Of a stretch of 64,000 nucleotides of DNA, positions 10,223 to 19,232 are shown in pieces. The notes below the pieces were generated by a model, which saw nothing but the letters and a program-made list of their open reading frames with translations, had not been told where the DNA came from and did no database searches. Both the position numbers and the translations under genes were made by a program. The stretch covers positions 108 to 64,107 of the forward strand of contig CAJVZC010000004.1 in the NCBI GenBank assembly GCA_913019935.1. The letters run 5' to 3'. The stretch is from an uncultured Methylococcales bacterium. Its GTDB lineage: Bacteria; Pseudomonadota; Gammaproteobacteria; Methylococcales; Methylomonadaceae. The stretch's first letter is position 1; each line of letters starts with the position of its first letter.

Positions 10223-10837
10223 ATGGCTACACCCCCAAACATTCACGCCATTGTATTTGACCTAGGAGGCGTACTGATACAATTAGGTGAACAACTGATT
10301 AAAAACGAATGGCGTACGACTGAAAGTAACCTTAATATGACGGGTGATGCATGGCTACTTTCTTCAACCGCTCAAAATTTTGAAAAGGGTCTCATTACCC
10401 CCCTTGAGTTTGCTGAAACTATTATTTCTGAAATGTCTTTAAATATTACCCCGACACTCTTTATTGAGCACTTTAAACAATGGCCCGTTGGCCCTTATCC
10501 TGGTATCTTTGATACCCTTTCCCAACTGCGTGAACATTTTACATTAGGCATTTTTTCAAATACCAATGCCATTCACTGGCCAAGACTCCTCAACGAAATG
10601 TCACTGGCAGGCAAAGTCGACCACTATTTCGCATCACATCTCATTCACGTAGCCAAACCCAACCCTGAAGCCTTTACCTTTATTGCCAATGCTATGGGGC
10701 TCGAACCGAAGACCATTCTTTTCCTTGATGATAATCGACACAATATTGACAGCGCACGTCAGGTGGGTTTTATCGCCCACCAGGTCATTGGATTTGAAGG
10801 CACCCTGCGCTGTTTACACCGCTTAGGTATCCTATAA
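10223..10837 (+). CDS. HAD-superfamily hydrolase
   Basis: Motif I is VFDLGGVL and motif IV is LFLDDNRHN. Confidence 0.8.
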   Translation: MATPPNIHAIVFDLGGVLIQLGEQLIKNEWRTTESNLNMTGDAWLLSSTAQNFEKGLITPLEFAETIISEMSLNITPTLFIEHFKQWPVGPYPGIFDTLSQLREHFTLGIFSNTNAIHWPRLLNEMSLAGKVDHYFASHLIHVAKPNPEAFTFIANAMGLEPKTILFLDDNRHNIDSARQVGFIAHQVIGFEGTLRCLHRLGIL

Positions 10838-10888
10838 AAACAATACCGCTTATAATAAGCATCATTTTATTTCGGAGACCCTAGGATC

Positions 10889-11881
10889 ATGAAGCCTCTA
10901 TCTTTAACACAATTTATTTCAGAACAAGCAGGCGCCTCTGAATCCTTATCATTAGTCTTGGATGATATTATTTCCGCCTGCCAGCAAATCGCTGGCCTTG
11001 TCCATAAAGGCGACTTAACACAACTCTTAGGAGATGCTGACTCTGAGAATGTTCAAGGTGAGGTTCAAAAAAAACTTGATATTATTACCCATGATATTTT
11101 TGTCGAAGCCCTGATTAATAACCCTAATGTAGCTGGGTTAGCCTCAGAGGAGAACGATGAAATTATCCCCACAAAAAATCATCACGACCCCCAAGGGAAA
11201 TACCTCATTTTATTTGACCCCCTTGATGGCTCCTCCAATATAGATATTAATATGTCTGTTGGCAGTATTTTTTCTATTTTACGTTGCCAAAACTCAAAAA
11301 CACTTTCTGAAGCAGATTTCTTACAACCCGGTAACCAACAAATCGCCGCGGGTTTTGTGCTTTACGGCCCCTCTACCATGATGATCCTCACTACGGGGCA
11401 GGGCGTTAATGCCTTTACACTCAATCCCCAGAACAATGAATTTATGCTAACTCACCCCAATATAGTTATCGCTGAGCATACGAGTGAATTTGCTATCAAT
11501 ATGTCTAACCAACGATTTTGGGAAAAGCCCGTACAACACTATATTAACGAATGTGTTCTTGGCTGCGATGGCCCTCGAGAGAAAAACTTCAATATGCGCT
11601 GGATTGCCTCATTGGTCGCTGAAGTCTATCGAATACTGACCCGTGGCGGGATTTTTCTTTATCCACGTGACAACCATAAATCGAAATCAGGGCGGTTACG
11701 ATTAATGTACGAAGCAAATCCTATCGCCTTTTTAGTACAACAAGCTGGCGGCGACAGTTCTACAGGCCAAGAACAAATCCTCGCTATTCAACCCCATGAA
11801 TTACATCAACGTGTACCGCTTATTTTAGGGGCCAAACAAGAAGTCCAACGCTTAAAAGAATATCACCAGTCCTCTTTATAA
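10889..11881 (+). CDS. fbp: fructose-1,6-bisphosphatase class 1
   Basis: ENVQGEVQKKLD, GLASEENDEI and FDPLDGSSNIDINMSVGSIFSI align with E. coli Fbp. Confidence 0.93.
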   Translation: MKPLSLTQFISEQAGASESLSLVLDDIISACQQIAGLVHKGDLTQLLGDADSENVQGEVQKKLDIITHDIFVEALINNPNVAGLASEENDEIIPTKNHHDPQGKYLILFDPLDGSSNIDINMSVGSIFSILRCQNSKTLSEADFLQPGNQQIAAGFVLYGPSTMMILTTGQGVNAFTLNPQNNEFMLTHPNIVIAEHTSEFAINMSNQRFWEKPVQHYINECVLGCDGPREKNFNMRWIASLVAEVYRILTRGGIFLYPRDNHKSKSGRLRLMYEANPIAFLVQQAGGDSSTGQEQILAIQPHELHQRVPLILGAKQEVQRLKEYHQSSL

Positions 11882-11890
11882 GGCTTTTCT

Positions 11891-12547
11891 ATGTTCAAAC
11901 AACTCTTCTCTGAATTTCTCGGAACCGCTATTTTAGTCTTTTGTGGAACCTCGGCTATTGTTGTTAATGACATCAGCCAAGGAATGGTTAGTCATGTTGG
12001 AATCGCGCTAGTCTTTGGTTTAATCGTGCTCGCTGTGATCTATACCTTAGGCGATATTTCAGGCGCCCACATCAACCCCGCCGTCACTATTGCCTTTTGG
12101 CAAGCACATAAATTCCCAGGCCATAAAGTCATCCCCTATATTATTTGTCAAATCAGCGGTGCTATTTTAGCAAGCACGTTAGTTTACGGGCTTTTCTTCG
12201 GGCATCCAACATACGGTGCAACACTCCCCGCCTATGGTATTTTGCAAACGTTTATTCTGGAAACTATCCTCACGTTTATACTCATGCTTACTATTATCAA
12301 TGTTGCCACGGGTTCCAAAGAGAAGGGCATTACGGCAGGGATTGTGATTGGTAGTGTTGTTGCATTAGAGGCACTCTTTGCCGGCCCCATTTCGGGTGCC
12401 TCTATGAATCCGGCGCGCTCTATAGGTCCGGCATTGCTCAGTGGTCAATGGGAAACCTTATGGGTCTACATCACAGCACCCATTTTTGGTGCTAGCTTTG
12501 CTGTTAATTGTTGCCGGTGTTTGAAAGATTCACCGTGTTGTCGTTAG
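11891..12547 (+). CDS. MIP-family channel (aquaporin/NIP-like) with Cys-rich C-terminal tail
   Basis: Two NPA boxes (HINPAVT and SMNPARS) and six hydrophobic segments. The tail reads NCCRCLKDSPCCR. Confidence 0.88.
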   Translation: MFKQLFSEFLGTAILVFCGTSAIVVNDISQGMVSHVGIALVFGLIVLAVIYTLGDISGAHINPAVTIAFWQAHKFPGHKVIPYIICQISGAILASTLVYGLFFGHPTYGATLPAYGILQTFILETILTFILMLTIINVATGSKEKGITAGIVIGSVVALEALFAGPISGASMNPARSIGPALLSGQWETLWVYITAPIFGASFAVNCCRCLKDSPCCR

Positions 12548-13091
12548 CGTCTGACAAATAATCTCGTATTAAATACAAGGCTGCAATAGAGCGCGCCTCA
12601 GTACACTCACCTTGCGCAAATAACCGCCCCAGATCATCTAATTTCCAGGGCACAACCTCTAATTCCTCAGGCTCATCCCCTACTAATTTTTCAGGGTATA
12701 ACCCTTCAGCTAAAATGATATTGGTCATATGTTCTAAATAAGCAGGGGCAATGGACAATGAAGTAATCATCGTCAATTCTCGAGCCCCGTAGCCCACCTC
12801 TTCTTTCAATTCACGATTGGCCGCCACTAAAGGTGACTCTCCATCATCAATTTTGCCCTTGGGTAAACCCAGTTCATACCGGTCAACGCCAGCAGCATAC
12901 TCACGAACCAGCAATACGGTAGTGCTATCTAACATCGGTACAATTAAAACAGCCCCTGTAGAATTGCCGCGGGCTAAACGCTCAAAAGTTCGCTTTTCGC
13001 CATTACTAAACTCAAGGTCTAACGCTTCAATACGAAAAAGGCGCGACTTGGCTACGACTGTTTTTTTATGAATGATCGGTTTTCTTATCAT
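12504..13091 (-). CDS. nudE: ADP compounds hydrolase NudE (Nudix)
   Basis: Nudix box GKIDDGESPLVAANRELKEEVGY. Collinear similarity to E. coli NudE (SRLFRIEALDLEFSNG..). The 3' end overlaps the MIP gene by 44 nt. Confidence 0.88.
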   Translation of the reverse strand: MIRKPIIHKKTVVAKSRLFRIEALDLEFSNGEKRTFERLARGNSTGAVLIVPMLDSTTVLLVREYAAGVDRYELGLPKGKIDDGESPLVAANRELKEEVGYGARELTMITSLSIAPAYLEHMTNIILAEGLYPEKLVGDEPEELEVVPWKLDDLGRLFAQGECTEARSIAALYLIRDYLSDANDNTVNLSNTGNN

Positions 13092-13135
13092 TTTTCTAGA
13101 TGTCTTTTAACCCCAAAAACACTATACTCTCGAAC

Positions 13136-13792
13136 ATGATAAATTGGAATGAAATTGATACTATCCTGCTCGATATGGATGGCACCTTATTAGATTTACA
13201 TTTTGATAATTTTTTCTGGCAAGAACTTATTCCCATCAAATATGCTAAAAAACATCGTCTATCATTAGCACAAGCACAACAATTCCTAAAACCTCTTTTC
13301 AAACGTTATGAAGGAACACTAAATTGGTATTGTCTGGATTTCTGGAGCCAGAAACTGGATTTAGATATCTTCGGACTAAAAAATGAAATAGCCGATAAAA
13401 TTGCTATTCGGCCACATACCCATACATTTCTAGAACAGTTAAATCAGAGTGAGCGCCGCATTATTCTTGTTACCAATGCGCACCATCATAGCCTAAATCT
13501 GAAAATGGAGAAAACCCAACTGCTCCGATTTTTCCATCACGTAATTTCTTCACACAGCATTGGCTTGCCTAAAGAAAACCCACTATTCTGGACTAAATTA
13601 AAACAAATTGAGCCATTCGATAACGAACATACTTTATTGATTGATGACAGCCTAAACGTCTTGGATTCAGCTAAAAATCATGGGATCAAATACCTTCTAT
13701 CGATCAACAAGCCTGACTCTCATAAAGCAAAAAGAACGATCACAACCTATGAGTCTGTTACCGATTTAGATGAACTCACACCGCTTCGTTGA
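13136..13792 (+). CDS. yrfG: HAD-family nucleotidase YrfG-like (GMP/IMP nucleotidase)
   Basis: TILLDMDGTLLDLHFDNFFW and LNWYCLDFWSQKLDLDI match E. coli YrfG. The start is placed at the M aligned to E. coli. The track start 13100 is an alternative. Confidence 0.85.
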   Translation: MINWNEIDTILLDMDGTLLDLHFDNFFWQELIPIKYAKKHRLSLAQAQQFLKPLFKRYEGTLNWYCLDFWSQKLDLDIFGLKNEIADKIAIRPHTHTFLEQLNQSERRIILVTNAHHHSLNLKMEKTQLLRFFHHVISSHSIGLPKENPLFWTKLKQIEPFDNEHTLLIDDSLNVLDSAKNHGIKYLLSINKPDSHKAKRTITTYESVTDLDELTPLR

Positions 13793-15039
13793 GCGTTGTA
13801 AGAAGACCTCTTAGGCGACCGGCCTGCACCGGTCCTTTTAAAATGGCTGTTGGGCCGACGTTGCGGCTTTTTAATCTCAGGCAACCACTCTTTAGGAATT
13901 TTCAGAACCGGCACTTTTTGACCAATAAAGGTCTCAATATCAGGCATAGAATAGGCATATTCTTCACAAATAAAACTAATCGCTTCACCCTCAGCACCAA
14001 ATCGAGCCGTACGACCTATGCGATGAACATAATCTTCTGGGTCTTGTGGCAAATCATAATTAAAAACATGTGAAACATCAGAAATATGTAAACCACGCGC
14101 GGCAACATCGGTCGCAATTAACAGGGTTAATTGATTCTCTTGGAATTTTTTTAATAATTTTTCGCGTTTATCCTGTGCCACATCACCACTTAAAACCGCT
14201 GAATTAAAATCGTTAACTTTCAAGTAATCATATAACTTTTCTGCACAGCGCTTAGTATTAACAAAAATAATTGCTCGTTTAGGCTGACGGGATTCTAACG
14301 CACCAATGAGTAGGGCTATCTTCTGCTCATTAGACGGACAATAAGCACTTTGCTTAATAGCCTTAGAGGTGACTTGCTCTTCTTGAATCCGAATTAATTC
14401 AGGATTATTCATGTGCTCATAGGCCAACTCAGTAACCTTATAAGATAACGTTGCAGAAAATAATAAATTGAGTCTAGTTTCGGGTGCCGGCATACGTCTT
14501 AATAAGAACCTAATATCCTTAATAAAACCCAAATCAAACATTCGGTCGGCTTCATCTAAAACTGAAACCTGAATATTATCTAAGGTAAAAGCCTTTTGTT
14601 TATAAAAATCAATTATCCGTCCAGGAGTGCCAATAATAACATCCACATTCGATCTGATTTTCTGCAATTGTGCTTTATAGCTGGTGCCGCCATAAATCAA
14701 TGCCAAATTTAAATTGAGGTGTTTGGACAACAAAAGCGCATCTTTATGGATTTGTATGGCCAACTCACGTGTTGGCGCCAAAATTAAGGCTCTAGGGTTC
14801 TTTATTTGCTCACTCTCATCATTAATTAACTGCTGGAATGTCGCCAATAAGAAAGCCGCTGTTTTACCGGTGCCCGTTTGCGCCTGGCCTGCAATATCTT
14901 TGCCTCGCAGCGAAAGCGGTAATGTTTTATCCTGAATAGGAGAGCAGTGTGTGAACCCGGCATCACCAAGCCCTTTTAAGAGTAGACTCGATAACTCAAG
15001 GTTTTTAAATTCAGTTTCTGTTAAATGATTTTTTTTCAT
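13747..15039 (-). CDS. rhlB: ATP-dependent RNA helicase RhlB (DEAD-box)
   Basis: Motifs AQTGTGKT, DEAD, SAT and HRIGRTAR. Divergent from trxA-rho as in E. coli. Basic C-terminal tail. Confidence 0.9.
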   Translation of the reverse strand: MKKNHLTETEFKNLELSSLLLKGLGDAGFTHCSPIQDKTLPLSLRGKDIAGQAQTGTGKTAAFLLATFQQLINDESEQIKNPRALILAPTRELAIQIHKDALLLSKHLNLNLALIYGGTSYKAQLQKIRSNVDVIIGTPGRIIDFYKQKAFTLDNIQVSVLDEADRMFDLGFIKDIRFLLRRMPAPETRLNLLFSATLSYKVTELAYEHMNNPELIRIQEEQVTSKAIKQSAYCPSNEQKIALLIGALESRQPKRAIIFVNTKRCAEKLYDYLKVNDFNSAVLSGDVAQDKREKLLKKFQENQLTLLIATDVAARGLHISDVSHVFNYDLPQDPEDYVHRIGRTARFGAEGEAISFICEEYAYSMPDIETFIGQKVPVLKIPKEWLPEIKKPQRRPNSHFKRTGAGRSPKRSSYNAQRSGVSSSKSVTDS

Positions 15040-15180
15040 AACTTCTAAGGATAACGCATTTTAGCCTTTAAATTCTGTGATTTATTAAAAATAAAGACAG
15101 ATTTGCGCCTTTTAAGGCTAATAAAATTAACTCAAGAAACGTCAAACACACCTTTCTAAGTCGATTAATCGTTAATTTTA

Positions 15181-15209
15181 TTGACAAGGGTTCTCCAGAC
15201 AACTAGCAT
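15181..15209 (+). promoter_or_regulatory. candidate sigma70 promoter of trxA (TTGACA-17-TAGCAT)
   Basis: TTGACA at 15181-15186, a 17-nt spacer, and TAGCAT at 15204-15209, about 30 nt upstream of the trxA ATG. Confidence 0.35.
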
Positions 15210-15238
15210 CTACAAATATTTTAACTATGGAGAATACT

Positions 15239-15565
15239 ATGAGCAACGCTGTCATTCATGTAACAGACAGTGAGTTTAGCAAAATTGTTTTGCAGTCTGA
15301 GTCACCAATCTTAGTTGATTATTGGGCTGAATGGTGTGGACCATGCAAACAAATTGCTCCCATTCTTGATGAAATTGCCGAAGAATATGCTGATCGCATC
15401 ACCGTGGCAAAAATCAATATTGATGATAACCCACAAACCCCTCAAAATTATGGTGTGCGCGGTATACCAACATTAATGCTTTTTAAAAACGGTGAAATAG
15501 AAGCCACTAAAGTAGGGGCTCTAACGAAAGGTCAACTTGCAAGCTTTCTAGATACAAATCTATAA
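15239..15565 (+). CDS. trxA: thioredoxin 1
   Basis: WCGPC active site. [13 protein letters not shown] aligns with E. coli MSDKIIHLTDDSF. A GGAGA RBS lies before ATG 15239. The track start is 15227. Confidence 0.95.
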   Translation: MSNAVIHVTDSEFSKIVLQSESPILVDYWAEWCGPCKQIAPILDEIAEEYADRITVAKINIDDNPQTPQNYGVRGIPTLMLFKNGEIEATKVGALTKGQLASFLDTNL

Positions 15566-15606
15566 CCGATATTTTTAACCCGATACAATTAAGTATTTTA
15601 TTTTAT

Positions 15607-15635
15607 TTGATTGTACCGGGCTCCTACGATATACT
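15607..15635 (+). promoter_or_regulatory. candidate sigma70 promoter of rho (TTGATT-17-TATACT)
   Basis: TTGATT at 15607-15612, a 17-nt spacer, and TATACT at 15630-15635. This would give a leader of about 110 nt. Confidence 0.35.
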
Positions 15636-15752
15636 GACCTCGCTTACTAGACCTAGTAAGCATTAACCAACACAAAAAATCTCCAAAGAAAATCCAATTA
15701 GCCCATTTGCGCGGCATAAATTCATCCCTCTCCAAAATCCCTATCTTTATTT

Positions 15753-17009
15753 ATGAATCTTTCTGAATTAAAACTAAAACCCATTAATGAAATTATCACC
15801 ATTGCCAGCGACCTTAAACTCGACAACCCTGCGCGATTAAAAAAACAAGAACTACTCTTCGCCATTTTAAAAAAACACGCTAAAAGCGGTGAAGATATTT
15901 ATGGCGATGGTGTATTAGAGATTTTACAAGATGGTTTTGGCTTTTTAAGGACACCCGAAAGCTCCTATTTAGCTGGACCCGATGATATTTATGTTTCCCC
16001 AAGTCAAATCAGACGCTTTTCATTAAGAACCGGCGACACCATAAAAGGCAAAATACGTCCACCGAAAGATAACGAGCGCTATTTTGCAATGCTCAAAGTA
16101 GAAAGCATTAACTTTGAAAGGCCCGAAAACGCCAAACAAAAAACTAATTTTACTAATTTAACACCGCTTTTCCCGCAACAACGCTTTACTTTAGAGCAAG
16201 GGAATGGCACCAGCGAAGACCTAACCGGTCGAATGATAGACTTAGTCTCACCGATTGGAAAAGGACAACGCGGCTTAATTGTCTCTCCGCCCAAAGCGGG
16301 GAAAACTATGATTCTACAAAGTGTCGCCCACTCCATTGCTGCAGAAAACCCTGAATGTTACTTAATTGTTCTTCTTATTGATGAGCGTCCAGAAGAAGTT
16401 ACTGAAATGCAAAGAAGCGTCAAAGGCGAAGTTGTTTCTAGCACCTTTGATGAGCCCGCAACACGCCATGTTCAAGTTGCCGATATGGTTATAGAAAAAG
16501 CACGACGTCTTGTCGAGCACAAACGTGATGTGGTCATCTTATTAGACTCTCTAACCCGTCTTGCTCGCGCCTATAATACTGTAGCACCCTCTTCAGGAAA
16601 AGTTCTCAGTGGTGGTGTCGATGCTAACGCGCTAGAAAAACCTAAACGATTCTTTGGCGCAGCAAGAAATGTTGAGGAAGGCGGCAGCCTCACTATTATT
16701 GCCACCGCTTTGGTTGATACAGGTTCACGCATGGATGAAGTCATCTATGAGGAATTTAAAGGGACCGGCAATATGGAATTACATCTTGAACGTAAAATAG
16801 CGGAAAAGCGCGTCTATCCGGCTATTAATGTAAACCGCTCTGGTACGCGTCGTGAAGACTACCTTGTTGACCCAGAGGATTTACAAAAAACATTTATCCT
16901 TCGAAAAATCCTACAGCCCATGGATGAAATGGCCGCCTCTGAGTTCTTACTTGACCGACTCAAAACGACCAAAACCAATGATGAATTTTTCGCCTCAATG
17001 AGACGGTAA
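15753..17009 (+). CDS. rho: transcription termination factor Rho
   Basis: N-terminal MNLSELK..., the GFGFLR RNA-binding motif, Walker A PPKAGKT, and a full-length match to Rho. Confidence 0.97.
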   Translation: MNLSELKLKPINEIITIASDLKLDNPARLKKQELLFAILKKHAKSGEDIYGDGVLEILQDGFGFLRTPESSYLAGPDDIYVSPSQIRRFSLRTGDTIKGKIRPPKDNERYFAMLKVESINFERPENAKQKTNFTNLTPLFPQQRFTLEQGNGTSEDLTGRMIDLVSPIGKGQRGLIVSPPKAGKTMILQSVAHSIAAENPECYLIVLLIDERPEEVTEMQRSVKGEVVSSTFDEPATRHVQVADMVIEKARRLVEHKRDVVILLDSLTRLARAYNTVAPSSGKVLSGGVDANALEKPKRFFGAARNVEEGGSLTIIATALVDTGSRMDEVIYEEFKGTGNMELHLERKIAEKRVYPAINVNRSGTRREDYLVDPEDLQKTFILRKILQPMDEMAASEFLLDRLKTTKTNDEFFASMRR

Positions 17010-17012
17010 TGA

Positions 17013-17294
17013 CTACTTTTGTTCTGCCGTCGGCGGAACAAAATCGTCTGGCATATCAACACCCGAACCGAATAAAAATTTTTCACGCTCTGACTCAATA
17101 AGCTTTTTAGCTTTGGGGTCAAAGCTAGCTAATTTATGCTCATTAATCAGCATCGTTTGGATTCCAACCCATTCCAACCATGCTGCTTTAGAAATGGTTT
17201 CAAATATTATCTGACCTTTTTCACCGGGAAAAGGGGCTCGTTCTAGCCCTTCAGCCTCGCGCCCTAATTTTTTACATAACACCATACGTACCAT
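17013..17294 (-). CDS. yggX: Fe(2+)-trafficking protein YggX
   Basis: MVRMVLCKKLGREAEGL...QTMLINEHKL aligns with E. coli YggX. It follows mutY as in E. coli. Confidence 0.9.
   Translation of the reverse strand: MVRMVLCKKLGREAEGLERAPFPGEKGQIIFETISKAAWLEWVGIQTMLINEHKLASFDPKAKKLIESEREKFLFGSGVDMPDDFVPPTAEQK
17017..17043. terminator. bidirectional hairpin between convergent rho and yggX, inside the yggX 3' coding end
   Basis: TTTTGTTCTGCC gtc GGCGGAACAAAA forms a 12-bp stem with one mismatch. The flanking T and A runs are part of the stem. Confidence 0.4.
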
Positions 17295-17309
17295 GGTCCT
17301 CTCCTTATC

Positions 17310-18335
17310 TTATAATTGATTTAATAAACGTTTAATGGGTGCAGGTAATCCTAATTTTCTATCTGTTTTTGGGACATAACAAACGCTATCTTCTAACACT
17401 ATTTCTTTGATCTCTGTTTGCATAAACACAACCTGATAGTCTAAATGATAATGGCTAAAAGTATGACGCCTGAGCGCCTGTAAATGATAGACCGGTACGA
17501 AACCTAAATAGTCCTCACACCCATTCAGGGCACCCTCAAGATCACTAAATTCTGGCAAGCACCAAAGACCCGCCCATATTCCTTTAAGTGGCCTCTTAAT
17601 TAAAAAAACCTCCCGCTCATCACTCACCAACATCAAAAATATTTTCTCTTTAACCGGTAACTTTACTTTAGGTTTTGCTGCGGGTATTACGTTAACTTGA
17701 TTATTCTGAAAAGCAATACAAGACACCTTAACGGGGCATTGCTCGCACAACGGTTGTCGGCGCTTACAAACCATTGCCCCTAAATCCATCATCGCTTGAG
17801 TATAAGCCGCGGCCTCCTTTTGAGGGGTATAAAATGTACTCAATTGCCACAACTCTTTAAGAACCGTACTATCCCCGGGCCAGCCTAAAACGCCGAAACA
17901 GCGACTTAACACTCGCTTAACGTTACCGTCTAAGATGGGTGCTGATTGCCCACAAGCAATACTTAAAATTGCACCGGCTGTTGAGCGTCCAACCCCGGGT
18001 AATGCCATTAATGCCGGCAATGTGTTTGGAAATGTATCGCCCGCCGCAATCACCTTCGCACTCTCATGTAAATGTCTTGCTCGTGCGTAATACCCTAAAC
18101 CCGACCACAAGGTTAACACCGTATCTAATGGAGCTGACGCCAGACTTTGTACATCAGGAAAAGCTTTAATAAACTGTTGAAAATAAGGAATCACTGTTGC
18201 TACTTGTGTCTGCTGTAACATCACCTCTGAAACCCAGACCCGATAGGGGCTCACTGGTTTTTGCCAGGGTAAATCTTTACGCCCCTCTAAAACCGCCCAC
18301 TCTAAAATATAATTTTGAAAATCTATTGGATCCAT
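17310..18335 (-). CDS. mutY: A/G-specific adenine DNA glycosylase MutY
   Basis: GRKDLPWQ, the HhH-GPD segment LPGVGRSTAGAI, and the 4Fe-4S cysteines C..C..C..C. The start is placed at MDPIDF (ATG 18335). The track's GTG extension to 18392 runs through the prx terminator. Confidence 0.9.
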   Translation of the reverse strand: MDPIDFQNYILEWAVLEGRKDLPWQKPVSPYRVWVSEVMLQQTQVATVIPYFQQFIKAFPDVQSLASAPLDTVLTLWSGLGYYARARHLHESAKVIAAGDTFPNTLPALMALPGVGRSTAGAILSIACGQSAPILDGNVKRVLSRCFGVLGWPGDSTVLKELWQLSTFYTPQKEAAAYTQAMMDLGAMVCKRRQPLCEQCPVKVSCIAFQNNQVNVIPAAKPKVKLPVKEKIFLMLVSDEREVFLIKRPLKGIWAGLWCLPEFSDLEGALNGCEDYLGFVPVYHLQALRRHTFSHYHLDYQVVFMQTEIKEIVLEDSVCYVPKTDRKLGLPAPIKRLLNQL

Positions 18336-18366
18336 CAGCAGTAACTGGCCAAGAAACTTTAAATGC

Positions 18367-18400
18367 CAAAAAAAGGGTACTGTGAAATTCACAATACCCT
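18367..18400 (-). terminator. rho-independent terminator of the peroxiredoxin gene
   Basis: On the minus strand: AGGGTATTGTG aattt CACAGTACCCT followed by TTTTTTT. The stem is 11 bp with 1 mismatch. Confidence 0.7.
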
Positions 18401-18469
18401 ATCTTCACACCTAAAATCAGAATGACGAATGGCTTTTTTAAATTACCACTCAAACTAATTCATAATTTA

Positions 18470-19075
18470 TTATAAATCTTCCGCATTACTGCCTAAATAT
18501 TCGGCAACACCTTCAGGACTTGCATTCATACCTGAATCACCTTTATTCCATCCTGCTGGGCAAACTTCACCGTGCTCTTCGTGGAACTGTAAGGCGTCAA
18601 CCATACGAATGATCTCATCCATATTTCGACCTAAAGGCAAATCATTAACAACCTGATGACGTACCAATCCTGCTTGATCAATCAAGAAAGTACCCCGATA
18701 AGCGACTGCTGGTGCTTGTGCTTCAACATCATAGGCCTTAACAATACTGTGTGCCATGTCAGCAGCCATAGTATAGTGAACGGGTCCAATGCCACCTTGT
18801 GCTATCGGCGTATTACGCCAAGCGTTATGGGTAAAATGAGAATCAATTGAAACAGCAATAACCTCAACGCCCCGACTAGTAAAGTCATCCATACGATGAT
18901 CCAGTGCGATCAATTCTGATGGGCAAACAAAAGTAAAATCCAACGGGTAAAAAACAATTACCGCGTATTTGCCTTGAATTGCATCAGATAAATTAAAACT
19001 ATCAACGATTTCACCATTGCCTAAAACAGCCGGAACCGTAAAATCTGGAGCTTGCTTACCTACTAAAACACTCAT
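18470..19075 (-). CDS. typical 2-Cys peroxiredoxin (AhpC/Prx1 family)
   Basis: Peroxidatic motif DFTFVCPSE and the resolving Cys in EVCPAGW. Confidence 0.9.
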   Translation of the reverse strand: MSVLVGKQAPDFTVPAVLGNGEIVDSFNLSDAIQGKYAVIVFYPLDFTFVCPSELIALDHRMDDFTSRGVEVIAVSIDSHFTHNAWRNTPIAQGGIGPVHYTMAADMAHSIVKAYDVEAQAPAVAYRGTFLIDQAGLVRHQVVNDLPLGRNMDEIIRMVDALQFHEEHGEVCPAGWNKGDSGMNASPEGVAEYLGSNAEDL

Positions 19076-19232
19076 TACATTTTCTCCTTAAAAAATTTTC
19101 CAAAGACATTATAACCCAATTTAAAAAACTACTGGAATAGCTTAAAATAATTTTACACCACTTAACGACAGCATCCTAAGATGATTGCACCCATAGCCAC
19201 GGTCGTTCTGAAGAACGCCCGCTCTTGAACCT

